From assembly GCA_033764315.1 (NCBI GenBank), contig JANRJA010000077.1, forward strand, positions 32,001 through 96,000: 64,000 nucleotides of DNA, written 5' to 3'. The notes beneath the pieces were generated by a model. The model made no database searches. It was given only the letters and a program-made list of their open reading frames with translations, and had not been told where the DNA came from. This document shows, piece after piece, positions 10,314 through 19,136 of the stretch (positions are counted from its first letter, which is position 1; every line of letters starts with the position of its first letter). The position numbers were made by a program, and so were the translations under genes. This DNA is from Oculatellaceae cyanobacterium bins.114 (GTDB lineage Bacteria; Cyanobacteriota; Cyanobacteriia; Elainellales; Elainellaceae).

Positions 10314-10883
10314 ATGCTGCCGACGAAAGCCAAATTATGGACGGTGGAGGACTATCACCGCATGGTTGAAGCCGGAGTTTTGACGGGGAGCGATCGCGTT
10401 GAGCTATTGGAAGGACAAATCATCGAGATGAATCCGCAACTGCCACCTCATGCAGCAACGACTCAACGCGCCTTTCGCTACCTCGATCGATTGCTGGAAA
10501 CTGTTGCTTATGTGCGGATGCAGTTGCCTGTAATGCTGAAACCCAAATCGGAACCCGAACCGGATATTGCAGTGGTTCGCATTGATGCCAATGAGTATGG
10601 CGATCGCCATCCCACGCCAGAGGATATCTTTTTGATTATCGAGGTTGCTGATTCCACATTACTGGGCGATCGTCAGCAAAAAGCTCTAATTTATGCGAAA
10701 GCTGGAATTGCTGATTACTGGATTTTGGATGTGAATGCCAAACAGGTTGATATCTTTCGGGAACCAACTCCAGAGGGCTATCAGCAGGAAGCGAGCGTTG
10801 CTGCAAACACGATGCTTGCTCCAGTCGCCTTTCCTGACATCAGCATTCCACTCAACCAGCTCTTTCTCCAAAATGCGCTTTAA
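10314..10883 (+). CDS. Uma2 family (DUF820) endonuclease-like protein
   Basis: WTVEDYHRM, RVELLEG, EPEPD, IEVADST, YAKAGIADYW. Confidence 0.92.
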   Translation: MLPTKAKLWTVEDYHRMVEAGVLTGSDRVELLEGQIIEMNPQLPPHAATTQRAFRYLDRLLETVAYVRMQLPVMLKPKSEPEPDIAVVRIDANEYGDRHPTPEDIFLIIEVADSTLLGDRQQKALIYAKAGIADYWILDVNAKQVDIFREPTPEGYQQEASVAANTMLAPVAFPDISIPLNQLFLQNAL

Positions 10884-11039
10884 ATATTTGAATGAGAATC
10901 ACCCTCAAACGGTGCAAGGGCGATCGCGGTTTCATCGATTCGCTAGCTATTAAATTTCACTTAGTCCGCAATGATGAAGTCTGAAACGCTCATCTCGTTC
11001 AAGAAATTTCACTTAGTTCACAAACAGGAAGATACCTTA

Positions 11040-11159
11040 GTACTGCTTTTCACAGATAGGGTTCGGAAATAAAATCAAGGGGGTGTGGAGGCTACGGCCC
11101 CAGCCAGGGGTCTCACCCCTGCCCCCCAAATTCCCCCCCCTATTTACGACGAGTTGTAC
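11040..11159. mobile_element. MITE family B copy 1 (120 bp), TTA target duplication
   Basis: Highly similar to 22860-22979; gtac...gtac ends with imperfect inverted repeats; flanked by tta on both sides. Confidence 0.8.
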
Positions 11160-11187
11160 TTAGCAATTTAATGAGAATTGTTGACTC

Positions 11188-11201
11188 GTAAACTCTGATA
11201 C
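11188..11201 (+). promoter_or_regulatory. Putative NtcA-binding site
   Basis: GTA-aactctga-TAC matches GTA-N8-TAC; a TAN3T element (TATTGT, 11226-11231) lies 24 nt downstream; upstream of a transport/catabolic operon. Confidence 0.55.
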
Positions 11202-11297
11202 AGAATCTTCTGGGTTAGAAATCCATATTGTGTAGCTAAAGCAATCATTTATTAGGGATAACTTGGCGTGGTTATTCCCTACCAATAGTCCCTTTTG

Positions 11298-11339
11298 GGG
11301 GTGTCAGCGCAATCTGTGCTGGCACCCCTTATTGTTTTT
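11298..11339 (+). terminator. Terminator-like hairpin in the operon leader
   Basis: 13-bp stem (with 2 G-U pairs) ggggtgtcagcgc/gtgctggcacccc followed by ttattgttttt, just before ATG 11354. Confidence 0.55.
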
Positions 11340-11353
11340 AGCAGGACGCTGAT

Positions 11354-12238
11354 ATGGTGCCATTTCAGTTACAACCAGAGTCAACTTTCACGTTTCCGAC
11401 AGGCTATCGGTGTGCTGTTTTGTTGTCGTGGGATATGGATGCTGAGTCACCCTATCTGGCCGCTGATCCGCGCAATGCTCACCATTTGGGAGCGTTGTCA
11501 GATGGGGTCTATGGGGCAACCCAAGGATTACGACATATTCTGCATTTGCTGCGTCATTACAGCTTACCTGCCACTTTCTTTGTTCCGGGTTTGACAGCCG
11601 ATCGCCACCCTAAAGTCGTCGAACAGATTTTAGCAGCGGGTCATGAAGTAACTCATCATGGCTACTCGCACCAAAACGTCTTGTTGATGACAGAGGAGGA
11701 GGAAGAAGAGGACTTGGTCAAAGGCATTGAGGCACTGCGGCGATTGACAGGCACGATGCCCTTGGGATGGCGATCGCCCAGTTATGGCATTCGTCCTCAC
11801 ACGTTGCGATTGCTGGCGAAGTATGGATTTCGCTATGACAGCAGCCTTTTGGATGATGAGGTGCCTTACTTAATGCGCTTACCAGAGCGAGATATTGTGC
11901 AGTTGCCGATCAACCCGGCATTGGATGACTGGCAATATTTCAACGTGACGATGTTCCCTGATATCTCTGGCACAGTGTGCGCAGGGGAGGAGGTGTTGCA
12001 TATCTGGCGAGCCGAGTTTGAAGCCCTGTATGACGTTGGGGGGTGTTTTGTGTTGACCATGCATCCTCACCTGACCGGACGACCTAGCCGCATTAAAATG
12101 CTGAGTCGCTTAATTGAGCACATGCAATCGTTTTCGGGAGTCTGGTGGTCAACCGCCCGTGACCTCGCTGACTACACGCTAAATCAAGCTCAGTCACATG
12201 CAGTGATTCGGGATCCTCTCCAACTGGCCGTTACGTAA
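11354..12238 (+). CDS. Polysaccharide deacetylase family protein (CE4, PuuE/HpPgdA-like)
   Basis: SWDMDAE, ATFFVPG, HHGYSH, GWRSPS, YDSS, LDDW, TMHPHLTGRPSR. Confidence 0.88.
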   Translation: MVPFQLQPESTFTFPTGYRCAVLLSWDMDAESPYLAADPRNAHHLGALSDGVYGATQGLRHILHLLRHYSLPATFFVPGLTADRHPKVVEQILAAGHEVTHHGYSHQNVLLMTEEEEEEDLVKGIEALRRLTGTMPLGWRSPSYGIRPHTLRLLAKYGFRYDSSLLDDEVPYLMRLPERDIVQLPINPALDDWQYFNVTMFPDISGTVCAGEEVLHIWRAEFEALYDVGGCFVLTMHPHLTGRPSRIKMLSRLIEHMQSFSGVWWSTARDLADYTLNQAQSHAVIRDPLQLAVT

Positions 12239-12285
12239 AACGATTCATGGATAGGGGTTCTTTTCTCAATGGTATGGGGCGAGTT

Positions 12286-13218
12286 ATGCATCAGATTTCA
12301 CTCTATTTAGAAGAGTTTTTGTGGTATCACCACTTAGGTTTATTAGCGGCGTTAGAGAGTCAGGCATTTGCAGATCAAGGGCTGACGGTGAAATTAGTCT
12401 GTCCAGAGTATCACACACAAGGCTTAGACAAAGTTGCCAGGGGCGAAGCAGACTTTGCCCTCTCAGAACCGATTCACACATTGCCGTTGCAAGTGCAAGG
12501 AAAACTCGTAGTGGCGATCGCCCAATTGTTTGAGTTGCAGGGCAGCAGCGTCATGGCACGAGCCGACAGAGTCAAAACCGCTGCCGATTTTGCCGGAAAA
12601 CGGTTAGGTTATCCGACGGCTCCCAGCCCTAATGGTCCGGCCATTTTGCGGCAAGTCGCTGACTCCCAGGGTGTGGTGCTAGATCCAAAGAGTATGCAGC
12701 GAGTGGTGATTGGCAGCAATTTGATTAGTGCATTAGAGCGAGATGCCGCTGATATCGTATTGGTCACGGCACAACACAGCATTTTATTGGCGCAGCAAAA
12801 GCGACTGCCCGTCACCCTTTTTTCCACTGAAGCCGCCGGGATTCCCAGTTTTGGTCACAACGTGTTAGTGACTCGCCAAGCGGTAATGGATACGAAGCCT
12901 GATCTGATTCAGCGACTGCTAAAGGCGATCGCCCACGGCACTCAACGGGTGCAAACCGATTGGGCCTATGCCCGTGCACTTGCCCAAAAGCATATTGCCT
13001 TTCCCGTTGAATCCGGTGAAGCCTTTCTTCAGCAGACGTTACCTGTGCTGACAGCAAACTTGCAACAACCCTCAACCCTATGGCAGCGCGTGCAGCACTG
13101 GATGCATGAAACCGGTTTGCTTCGCCAAACGATTTCAACCGAACGCGTATTCACCAATGAATTTGCGTTGCAGGTGTCATCAACGGAGCATTTTGTCTCA
13201 AGCCCATCAACCCTTTGA
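12286..13218 (+). CDS. NMT1/THI5-like substrate-binding-fold protein without a signal peptide
   Basis: FADQGLTV, GEADFALSEPIHTL, DFAGKRLGY, C-terminal VFTNEF; no hydrophobic leader. Confidence 0.75.
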   Translation: MHQISLYLEEFLWYHHLGLLAALESQAFADQGLTVKLVCPEYHTQGLDKVARGEADFALSEPIHTLPLQVQGKLVVAIAQLFELQGSSVMARADRVKTAADFAGKRLGYPTAPSPNGPAILRQVADSQGVVLDPKSMQRVVIGSNLISALERDAADIVLVTAQHSILLAQQKRLPVTLFSTEAAGIPSFGHNVLVTRQAVMDTKPDLIQRLLKAIAHGTQRVQTDWAYARALAQKHIAFPVESGEAFLQQTLPVLTANLQQPSTLWQRVQHWMHETGLLRQTISTERVFTNEFALQVSSTEHFVSSPSTL

Positions 13219-13266
13219 TGGGAAAGGTGTTGGTTAATTCACTTTTGATTCTGAGGAGCACTTTTT

Positions 13267-14163
13267 ATGGATCGTCGTCATTTCCTACAGTTCTTTTTAG
13301 TCGGTGTTGGATTGGTGGCCTGCCAAACCACGACCACAACAGAGAGCAGCCCCAGTCCTGATGCGACAGCTAGCCCGACCGCTGGCAGTCAAGATGCATT
13401 AGATGAGATCAAAGCACGGGGCAAGATGATCGTTGCCATTGACCCAACCTTTGCACCGTTTGAATACACTGATGCCAGTGGCAAAATCATTGGCTACGAT
13501 CCAGCGATTTTAGAAAAAATAGCTCAAAGTTTGGAAGTCGAGATCGAATACCAACAGATGGCATTCTCTGGCATTATTCCTGGTTTGATTGCAGGCTCCT
13601 TTGACTTCACAGCGAGTGCTTTGTCTGTAACCGCAGAACGAGCACAAAAAATTGATTTCACCATTCCGATCGCAGAAGGAGTGAATGTTGTGTTGAAGCG
13701 AGCCGATGACACTTCAATCACCAGCAGCGATCCAGCATCATTGGCAGGCAAGCGATTAGGGGTTAAGGTCAACACCCAACCTGAACAAGTGATGAAAGCC
13801 ATCAGCGATGAATTGGTGGCACAGGGCAAACCCGCGATCGAGTTTCTCAGTATTGACACCGTAGAGCAAACCATTTCAGCCCTAGCCACAAAGCGGATTG
13901 ACTTTGTAGTAGACGATCAGTTGGTATTGGCGCAGGTGGTGCGCGAACGCCCGGAAGCCAAACTCGAAATTGTCGGTCCGATTGGCCCTAAAACCTACAT
14001 TTCCTGGGGCACAAACAAGAGTGATCCCAAACTCAACGCCTATCTCAACGAGCAGATCAAAGCCCTAAAGACCGACGGCACCTTGAGCAAACTGCAAGCA
14101 GAATATTTTTATGGCATCACCTTTGATGCCTTACCGGAAGCAGATTTTGTCCCTGCGGCTTAA
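13267..14163 (+). CDS. Polar amino acid ABC transporter substrate-binding lipoprotein
   Basis: MDRRHFL twin-Arg leader with lipobox LVAC; FAPFEY, IIGYD, RAQKIDFT, LKTDGT. Confidence 0.9.
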   Translation: MDRRHFLQFFLVGVGLVACQTTTTTESSPSPDATASPTAGSQDALDEIKARGKMIVAIDPTFAPFEYTDASGKIIGYDPAILEKIAQSLEVEIEYQQMAFSGIIPGLIAGSFDFTASALSVTAERAQKIDFTIPIAEGVNVVLKRADDTSITSSDPASLAGKRLGVKVNTQPEQVMKAISDELVAQGKPAIEFLSIDTVEQTISALATKRIDFVVDDQLVLAQVVRERPEAKLEIVGPIGPKTYISWGTNKSDPKLNAYLNEQIKALKTDGTLSKLQAEYFYGITFDALPEADFVPAA

Positions 14164-14315
14164 GCTCTCCCTTACAAAGAGGCAATTTAGTATCCCGTAG
14201 AGTGCCACGCACCAATTGCTTGGTATTTTCATTTCTGGAAATCGCCTTAGCAGTCGGCGTTCTTAAGAACTCCGACTGCTGCAACCCAACCTGTTTCAAC
14301 CCGATCCTGTTTTCT

Positions 14316-14978
14316 ATGGAAGAACTTGTTAGCCTCCAAGAATCCTTGCCCCAATTGCTCACCGGGGCGATCGTTACAGTGCAACTGACCCTATGTTGTG
14401 TAGTAGTCAGCCTTTGCATGGGGATTGCCTCTGTCGCTTTACAACTCTCTCGGTTGCCATTGGGTTATGGGTTGAGTCGGGTTTATGTCAGCATCATGAG
14501 GGGCACACCGTTGCTCGTGCAACTCTTTGTTGTCTTTTTTGGGCTACCGTTAATCGGTCTGCAAGGTCAAGCTTTTGCCTCAGCCGTGTTAGCGATCGGG
14601 TTAAATAGCGGTGCCTATGTGACGGAGATTTTGAGGGCATCTATTCTTGCGATTCCACAAGGGCAAGTAGAGGCTGCACGAACGGTGGGCATGTCTACTC
14701 TACAAATTTGGCAACGGCTGATTTTGCCCCAAGCCTTGGTGATGAGTCTCCCAGCACTAACCAACGAGTTCACTATCGTCTTGAAATCAACGCCGTTAGC
14801 ATCGGTGGTGGCGGTCACGGAATTAACCTTTACCGGGCAACTGATTGTCTCACGCACCTTTCGCCCTACGGCTGTGTTGCTAGCTGTGGCAGGTGGATAT
14901 GTGATCGTGTCTCTGACATTTTCACAGTTTTCACGTTGGTTAGAACGATACTTTGCTGAGTATAAGTTAAGTGCTTAG
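14316..14978 (+). CDS. Polar amino acid ABC transporter permease
   Basis: RGTPLLVQL, GAYVTEILR, GQVEAA, LKSTPLASV. Confidence 0.92.
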   Translation: MEELVSLQESLPQLLTGAIVTVQLTLCCVVVSLCMGIASVALQLSRLPLGYGLSRVYVSIMRGTPLLVQLFVVFFGLPLIGLQGQAFASAVLAIGLNSGAYVTEILRASILAIPQGQVEAARTVGMSTLQIWQRLILPQALVMSLPALTNEFTIVLKSTPLASVVAVTELTFTGQLIVSRTFRPTAVLLAVAGGYVIVSLTFSQFSRWLERYFAEYKLSA

Positions 14979-14990
14979 GAGGCGATCGCT

Positions 14991-15647
14991 ATGGATTGGG
15001 TGTTAATGCTAAAAAGCATCCCATTATTAGTCAATGGTTTAGGTTGGACTATCGTTATCTCAGGATTGGGAATGATGTTAGCCATGATCATGGGAATCGG
15101 TTTAGTGATCATGCGGCGATCGCCCATTCCACTGTTCCGATTTTTATCGCAGTGCTACACAGAAATTATTTTAGGAGTCCCAATTTTAGTCTTGCTGTTT
15201 GTGATTTTCTTCGTATTGCCCAACTTTGGCATTGTCATCGATCCACTCCCCGCTGGACTCTTAACCCTGATGTTGCACTACTCTCCCTATATCGCTGAAG
15301 TGATTCGAGGAGCACTCGATGCAGTTCCCAAAGGGCAGATTGAAGCCGGTCGAGCGATTGGCATGGCGCGTCATGAAATTGTGCAACGCATTGTCTTGCC
15401 TCAGGCGATCGGGGTGATGTTGCCACCCTTAACCGGACAGTTTATTGGACTGATTAAAGACTCTGCCATCTTGTCGGTGATCTCGGTCGCAGAACTCACC
15501 TTTGTTGCCAAACAGGTGATCTCTCGAACCTATGCGCCATTTGAAATCTACATTCTCATCGCCATTGGTTATTGGGTTTTAACCTTTGTGTTAGAGCTGG
15601 CTCTACGCAAATTAGAAACCCGTTTTACTGCTTACCGTTATGGGTGA
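14991..15647 (+). CDS. Polar amino acid ABC transporter permease
   Basis: YIAEVIRG, GQIEAG, LIKDSAILSVI. Confidence 0.92.
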   Translation: MDWVLMLKSIPLLVNGLGWTIVISGLGMMLAMIMGIGLVIMRRSPIPLFRFLSQCYTEIILGVPILVLLFVIFFVLPNFGIVIDPLPAGLLTLMLHYSPYIAEVIRGALDAVPKGQIEAGRAIGMARHEIVQRIVLPQAIGVMLPPLTGQFIGLIKDSAILSVISVAELTFVAKQVISRTYAPFEIYILIAIGYWVLTFVLELALRKLETRFTAYRYG

Positions 15648-15652
15648 TTGTC

Positions 15653-16471
15653 ATGAGTTTCATCAATCCTGCCATTCAAACGGCTATCCAGACCGAAGAT
15701 CTCTACAAATCCTTTGACCAACTGGAGGTGTTGCGGGGTGTGAATCTCACGGTCATGCCCGGAGAGGTGGTTTGCATTTTAGGCCCGTCGGGTTCTGGCA
15801 AATCTACGCTGCTGCGCTGTCTCAACTGGCTCTCGCCTCCCACTCGTGGTCGTGTGTGGATTGGTGGGCGACGGTTGGGGGTCAAAGAAACGGCTGAAGG
15901 GAGAATGGTGCCGCAATCAGATGCCGAACTGCGAACGATGCGAAGCCAGATTGGGATGGTGTTTCAGGGGTTTAACCTGTGGTCACACCGGACGGCGTTA
16001 GAGAATGTGATGGAAGGACCGCTCATTGTTCGCAAGTTGAACAAAAAAGTAGCCAAAGAACGGGGCATGTATTTTTTGGAGCAGGTCGGTTTGATCGATA
16101 AATGGAATGTTTATCCATCGAAGTTGTCAGGGGGACAACAACAACGGGTGGCGATCGCCCGTGCCCTGGCAATGGAACCAGAAATCTTGCTATTTGATGA
16201 ACCCACCAGTGCCCTTGATCCAGAGCTAGTGGGGGAAGTGTTAGCAGTCATGCGCGACTTGGCTCTAAAACACACCACAATGTTGGTGGTGACACACGAG
16301 ATCGGGTTTGCTGCTGAAGCGGCTGATCGCATTGTGTTTATGGATCAAGGGCAAATTGTAGAAGAAAACACCCCCAAAGAATTTATCCGCAATCCTCAAG
16401 AAGAGCGATCGCGCCAATTTCTTAATCAATTTCTTAGCCGCAATCCGTTTAGCTATATCGCTAACGTCTGA
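15653..16471 (+). CDS. Polar amino acid ABC transporter ATP-binding protein
   Basis: GPSGSGKST, LSGGQQQR, FDEPTSALDPE, VTHE. Confidence 0.95.
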   Translation: MSFINPAIQTAIQTEDLYKSFDQLEVLRGVNLTVMPGEVVCILGPSGSGKSTLLRCLNWLSPPTRGRVWIGGRRLGVKETAEGRMVPQSDAELRTMRSQIGMVFQGFNLWSHRTALENVMEGPLIVRKLNKKVAKERGMYFLEQVGLIDKWNVYPSKLSGGQQQRVAIARALAMEPEILLFDEPTSALDPELVGEVLAVMRDLALKHTTMLVVTHEIGFAAEAADRIVFMDQGQIVEENTPKEFIRNPQEERSRQFLNQFLSRNPFSYIANV

Positions 16472-16483
16472 AAGAACTGGTTT

Positions 16484-17515
16484 ATGGAACTCGCCTTTAA
16501 CACCCTTGATCTCGATCTGCTAGACGACTTGAGCATTTCCTACGAATCAGTCAACACGCTCAACAATGTCATTATTTACCTCACCGCAAGGGGGCAAACC
16601 GGTCTGGGGGAAGCCTCTCCCCATGCGGCTTATGGCGAAACTCAAGAGACCACCATTGCAGTTCTCAACTATCTCAAACCAACACTGGAGGCGATCGCCG
16701 ATCCGTTTCAGGTCATCGATATTTTGGCTCGGCTAGACGACCTGATTGAGGGACACGCTGCCACCAAAGCCGCTATCGACATGGCGTTGTATGACCTGAT
16801 AGGCAAACTGCTCGGCGTTCCCCTCTATCAACTGTTGGGGTTAAATCCTGAGAAAACGACGCATCTCACCTACACCATCGGCATTGACACAGTCGATCGC
16901 ATGGTGGAAAAGGCGATCGCCGCCAGCCATTACAAATATCTCAAAGTTAAGCTAGGAAGCTCTTATGACAAAGACATCATCACTGAGATTGCCAGTGCAA
17001 CGCCTGCGATTTTGCGGGTGGATGTCAATGGGGGATGGGAAGCCCGTCACGCCATCCGCTTTATCAACGAGGTGTTGGTGCACCATCCGGTGGAGTTTGT
17101 GGAGCAACCCCTCGCGCCAGGAGACTTTCGCGGCATGAAACTGCTGCATACCGCATCAGCGTTACCGATCGTGCTCGACGAAAGCATCAGCGATATGAAT
17201 AGCATTTTGCGCCATGCCGATTGTGTTGATGGGGTGAATATCAAATTGATGAAATGTGGAGGTATTCGCAATGCTCTAAAGATGATCCACACTGCACGAG
17301 CACTGGGTCTCAAGGTGATGCTAGGTTGCCGAGTCGAAACATCATTAGCGATCACAGCCGCTGCCCATTTAACACCCCTGGTCGATTTTGCCGACCTAGA
17401 TTTACACCTGCTCGTGGCCGATGATCCCTTTATCGGAGCCACCCTAGACAACGATGGCAAGTTTGTTTTGCCAACCGCTCCCGGTTTGGGGGTACAGGTA
17501 AAACCAGTGCCCTAG
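16484..17515 (+). CDS. Dipeptide epimerase family enzyme (enolase superfamily, MLE subgroup)
   Basis: GLGEA, IDMALYDL, KVK, D-V-N, EQP, DES, NIKLMKCGG, DLD. Confidence 0.88.
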   Translation: MELAFNTLDLDLLDDLSISYESVNTLNNVIIYLTARGQTGLGEASPHAAYGETQETTIAVLNYLKPTLEAIADPFQVIDILARLDDLIEGHAATKAAIDMALYDLIGKLLGVPLYQLLGLNPEKTTHLTYTIGIDTVDRMVEKAIAASHYKYLKVKLGSSYDKDIITEIASATPAILRVDVNGGWEARHAIRFINEVLVHHPVEFVEQPLAPGDFRGMKLLHTASALPIVLDESISDMNSILRHADCVDGVNIKLMKCGGIRNALKMIHTARALGLKVMLGCRVETSLAITAAAHLTPLVDFADLDLHLLVADDPFIGATLDNDGKFVLPTAPGLGVQVKPVP

Positions 17516-17534
17516 AGCCTGTCTGCTTGTTCTG

Positions 17535-17641
17535 CTCGTTCCTCAGGCTCTGCCTGGGAACATCAATCTAGAGGCTCTGCCTCTTTTTAGCTCAGGTGAC
17601 AGAGCTGCCCACAAGTATTTTTAGCCAGAGGCTAGAAACGA
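17535..17641. repeat. Degenerate cyanobacterial dispersed repeat (aggctctgcct family)
   Basis: ctcgttcctcaggctctgcctgggaa...gaggctctgcctc...gaaacga. Confidence 0.55.
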
Positions 17642-17668
17642 AAATGAACCCTTACACGGAGTACAACC

Positions 17669-18916
17669 ATGACTGAACTTGCGCGTTACGGCAGCCCTTA
17701 TAACTGGATGTCTGACACCGTTAAAAACTCAAACAAACCAGAGACTGTCATCATCAACGACCTGACTCTGCAAGGGGATGCCGAAGAGATGGCAGGCGTA
17801 CAAATTGGTGAAGCCGACAAGATCGCGATCGCCACTCGATTGAGCGAATTGGGTGTTCCACGGATGTCGGTGTTGGGCTTTTCGCCGCGCCCGCCAAAGG
17901 AGGAAATCAAAATTGTCGAAAAAATCTTGGCATTAGATTTGCCGATGCAATTTGGGTCATTTGTCAAATCGCCAGAAGAAATTGATATTGCTGCCCAGAT
18001 TGGCTTATGGGGCGTGACGATTTTGATTTGGGTGAATGACACGACCCTACCTCAAGGTAAAACTGGGGCTGATGTGCTCGATCGCGTCCAATATCTGACC
18101 GAATACGCCAAATCAAAAGGACTGCACACCTGTTTTATGGCAATGGATGCCACTCGCACGCGCCTGGAGTTTTTGCAAGCCGCCATCAAAACCGCTGAAC
18201 CCTATTGCGATGAAATTACGATCGCTGATTCCTTGGGTGTTGCTTCTCCCTATGGCTTTCAATACTTGATTCAAACCGTCTGTAGTTGGACAAATCTGCC
18301 CATTCAGGTGCATTGTCATAACCATTCATCTATGGCGGTCGCTAATGCGATGGGGGCAATTCTCGGTGGTGCGACTGTGATTCACGCCACCGTCAATGGC
18401 ATGGGCGAACTGGCGGGCTTGCTGCCTCTAGAAGAGTTAGCCGTTGCCCTATCGATGCACCTGAATGTTGCTACAGGCATTAAGTTAGAGAAACTCAAAG
18501 CCATGTCAGAACTGGTCGCCAAAGCCACAGGTGTTCCTGTCAACATTCAAAAACCCGTCGTGGGCGATCGCGCCTTTTGCATTCCTGAAACAGAGGAAAT
18601 TCAAGAAGCGTTGTATGCCCTAGAAGAAAAAGGGGTTTTACAAGAGAGTCTGACCTATCCCCCGGCACTGGTGGGTAATCAACTGCACATGTCAATCGGG
18701 CGACGCTGTAATGAATACACTGTTCGCTATAACCTGGGTTTGCGCGGCTGGGCAGCGGATGCAGACACCACTCAGCAGATCATTCAAGCCGTTCGAGACA
18801 TTGCCTGGGCACAAGACGGTTACTACTTGATGAGTGAAGATGAGTTTTTTGAGTTGATTCAAGCTAAGGGCTTTCAACTCACTCCGCTGCACCCCAAATA
18901 CCCCGTTGGTGTCTAG
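17669..18916 (+). CDS. DRE-TIM metallolyase superfamily protein (LeuA/homocitrate synthase-like) with atypical motifs
   Basis: NDLTLQGDAEE, IADSLG, HCHNH, TVNGMGELAG, KPVVGDRAF. Confidence 0.85.
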   Translation: MTELARYGSPYNWMSDTVKNSNKPETVIINDLTLQGDAEEMAGVQIGEADKIAIATRLSELGVPRMSVLGFSPRPPKEEIKIVEKILALDLPMQFGSFVKSPEEIDIAAQIGLWGVTILIWVNDTTLPQGKTGADVLDRVQYLTEYAKSKGLHTCFMAMDATRTRLEFLQAAIKTAEPYCDEITIADSLGVASPYGFQYLIQTVCSWTNLPIQVHCHNHSSMAVANAMGAILGGATVIHATVNGMGELAGLLPLEELAVALSMHLNVATGIKLEKLKAMSELVAKATGVPVNIQKPVVGDRAFCIPETEEIQEALYALEEKGVLQESLTYPPALVGNQLHMSIGRRCNEYTVRYNLGLRGWAADADTTQQIIQAVRDIAWAQDGYYLMSEDEFFELIQAKGFQLTPLHPKYPVGV

Positions 18917-18941
18917 TAGAGATAAGCCCCTACAAAGTATC

Positions 18942-19108
18942 TAACGTCAGTTCGGTTTAAGAGCCTAGCGAATAAATTCGCAGCTATCAGAGCGAAGTTC
19001 GCCTTCGCGAACTACGGAGAATCAAGGGTTGAGTGAACCGACCTGCGTCGGTTCAGCTCCTGTAGTTGCGGTTTTAACCGCCAAAATCCTTATCCCGAAT
19101 TCACGTTA
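18942..19108. mobile_element. MITE family A copy 3 (167 bp)
   Basis: Near-identical to copies 1 and 2; sits inside the inverted repeat taagccccta...tagggctta. Confidence 0.85.
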
Positions 19109-19136
19109 TCTAGGGCTTACCCATGTGGAAATCGGT

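Noticed and set aside
10952-11022. Direct repeat aaatttcacttagt x2
   Set aside because: Only two short copies with no supporting context; cannot be called an operator or att site
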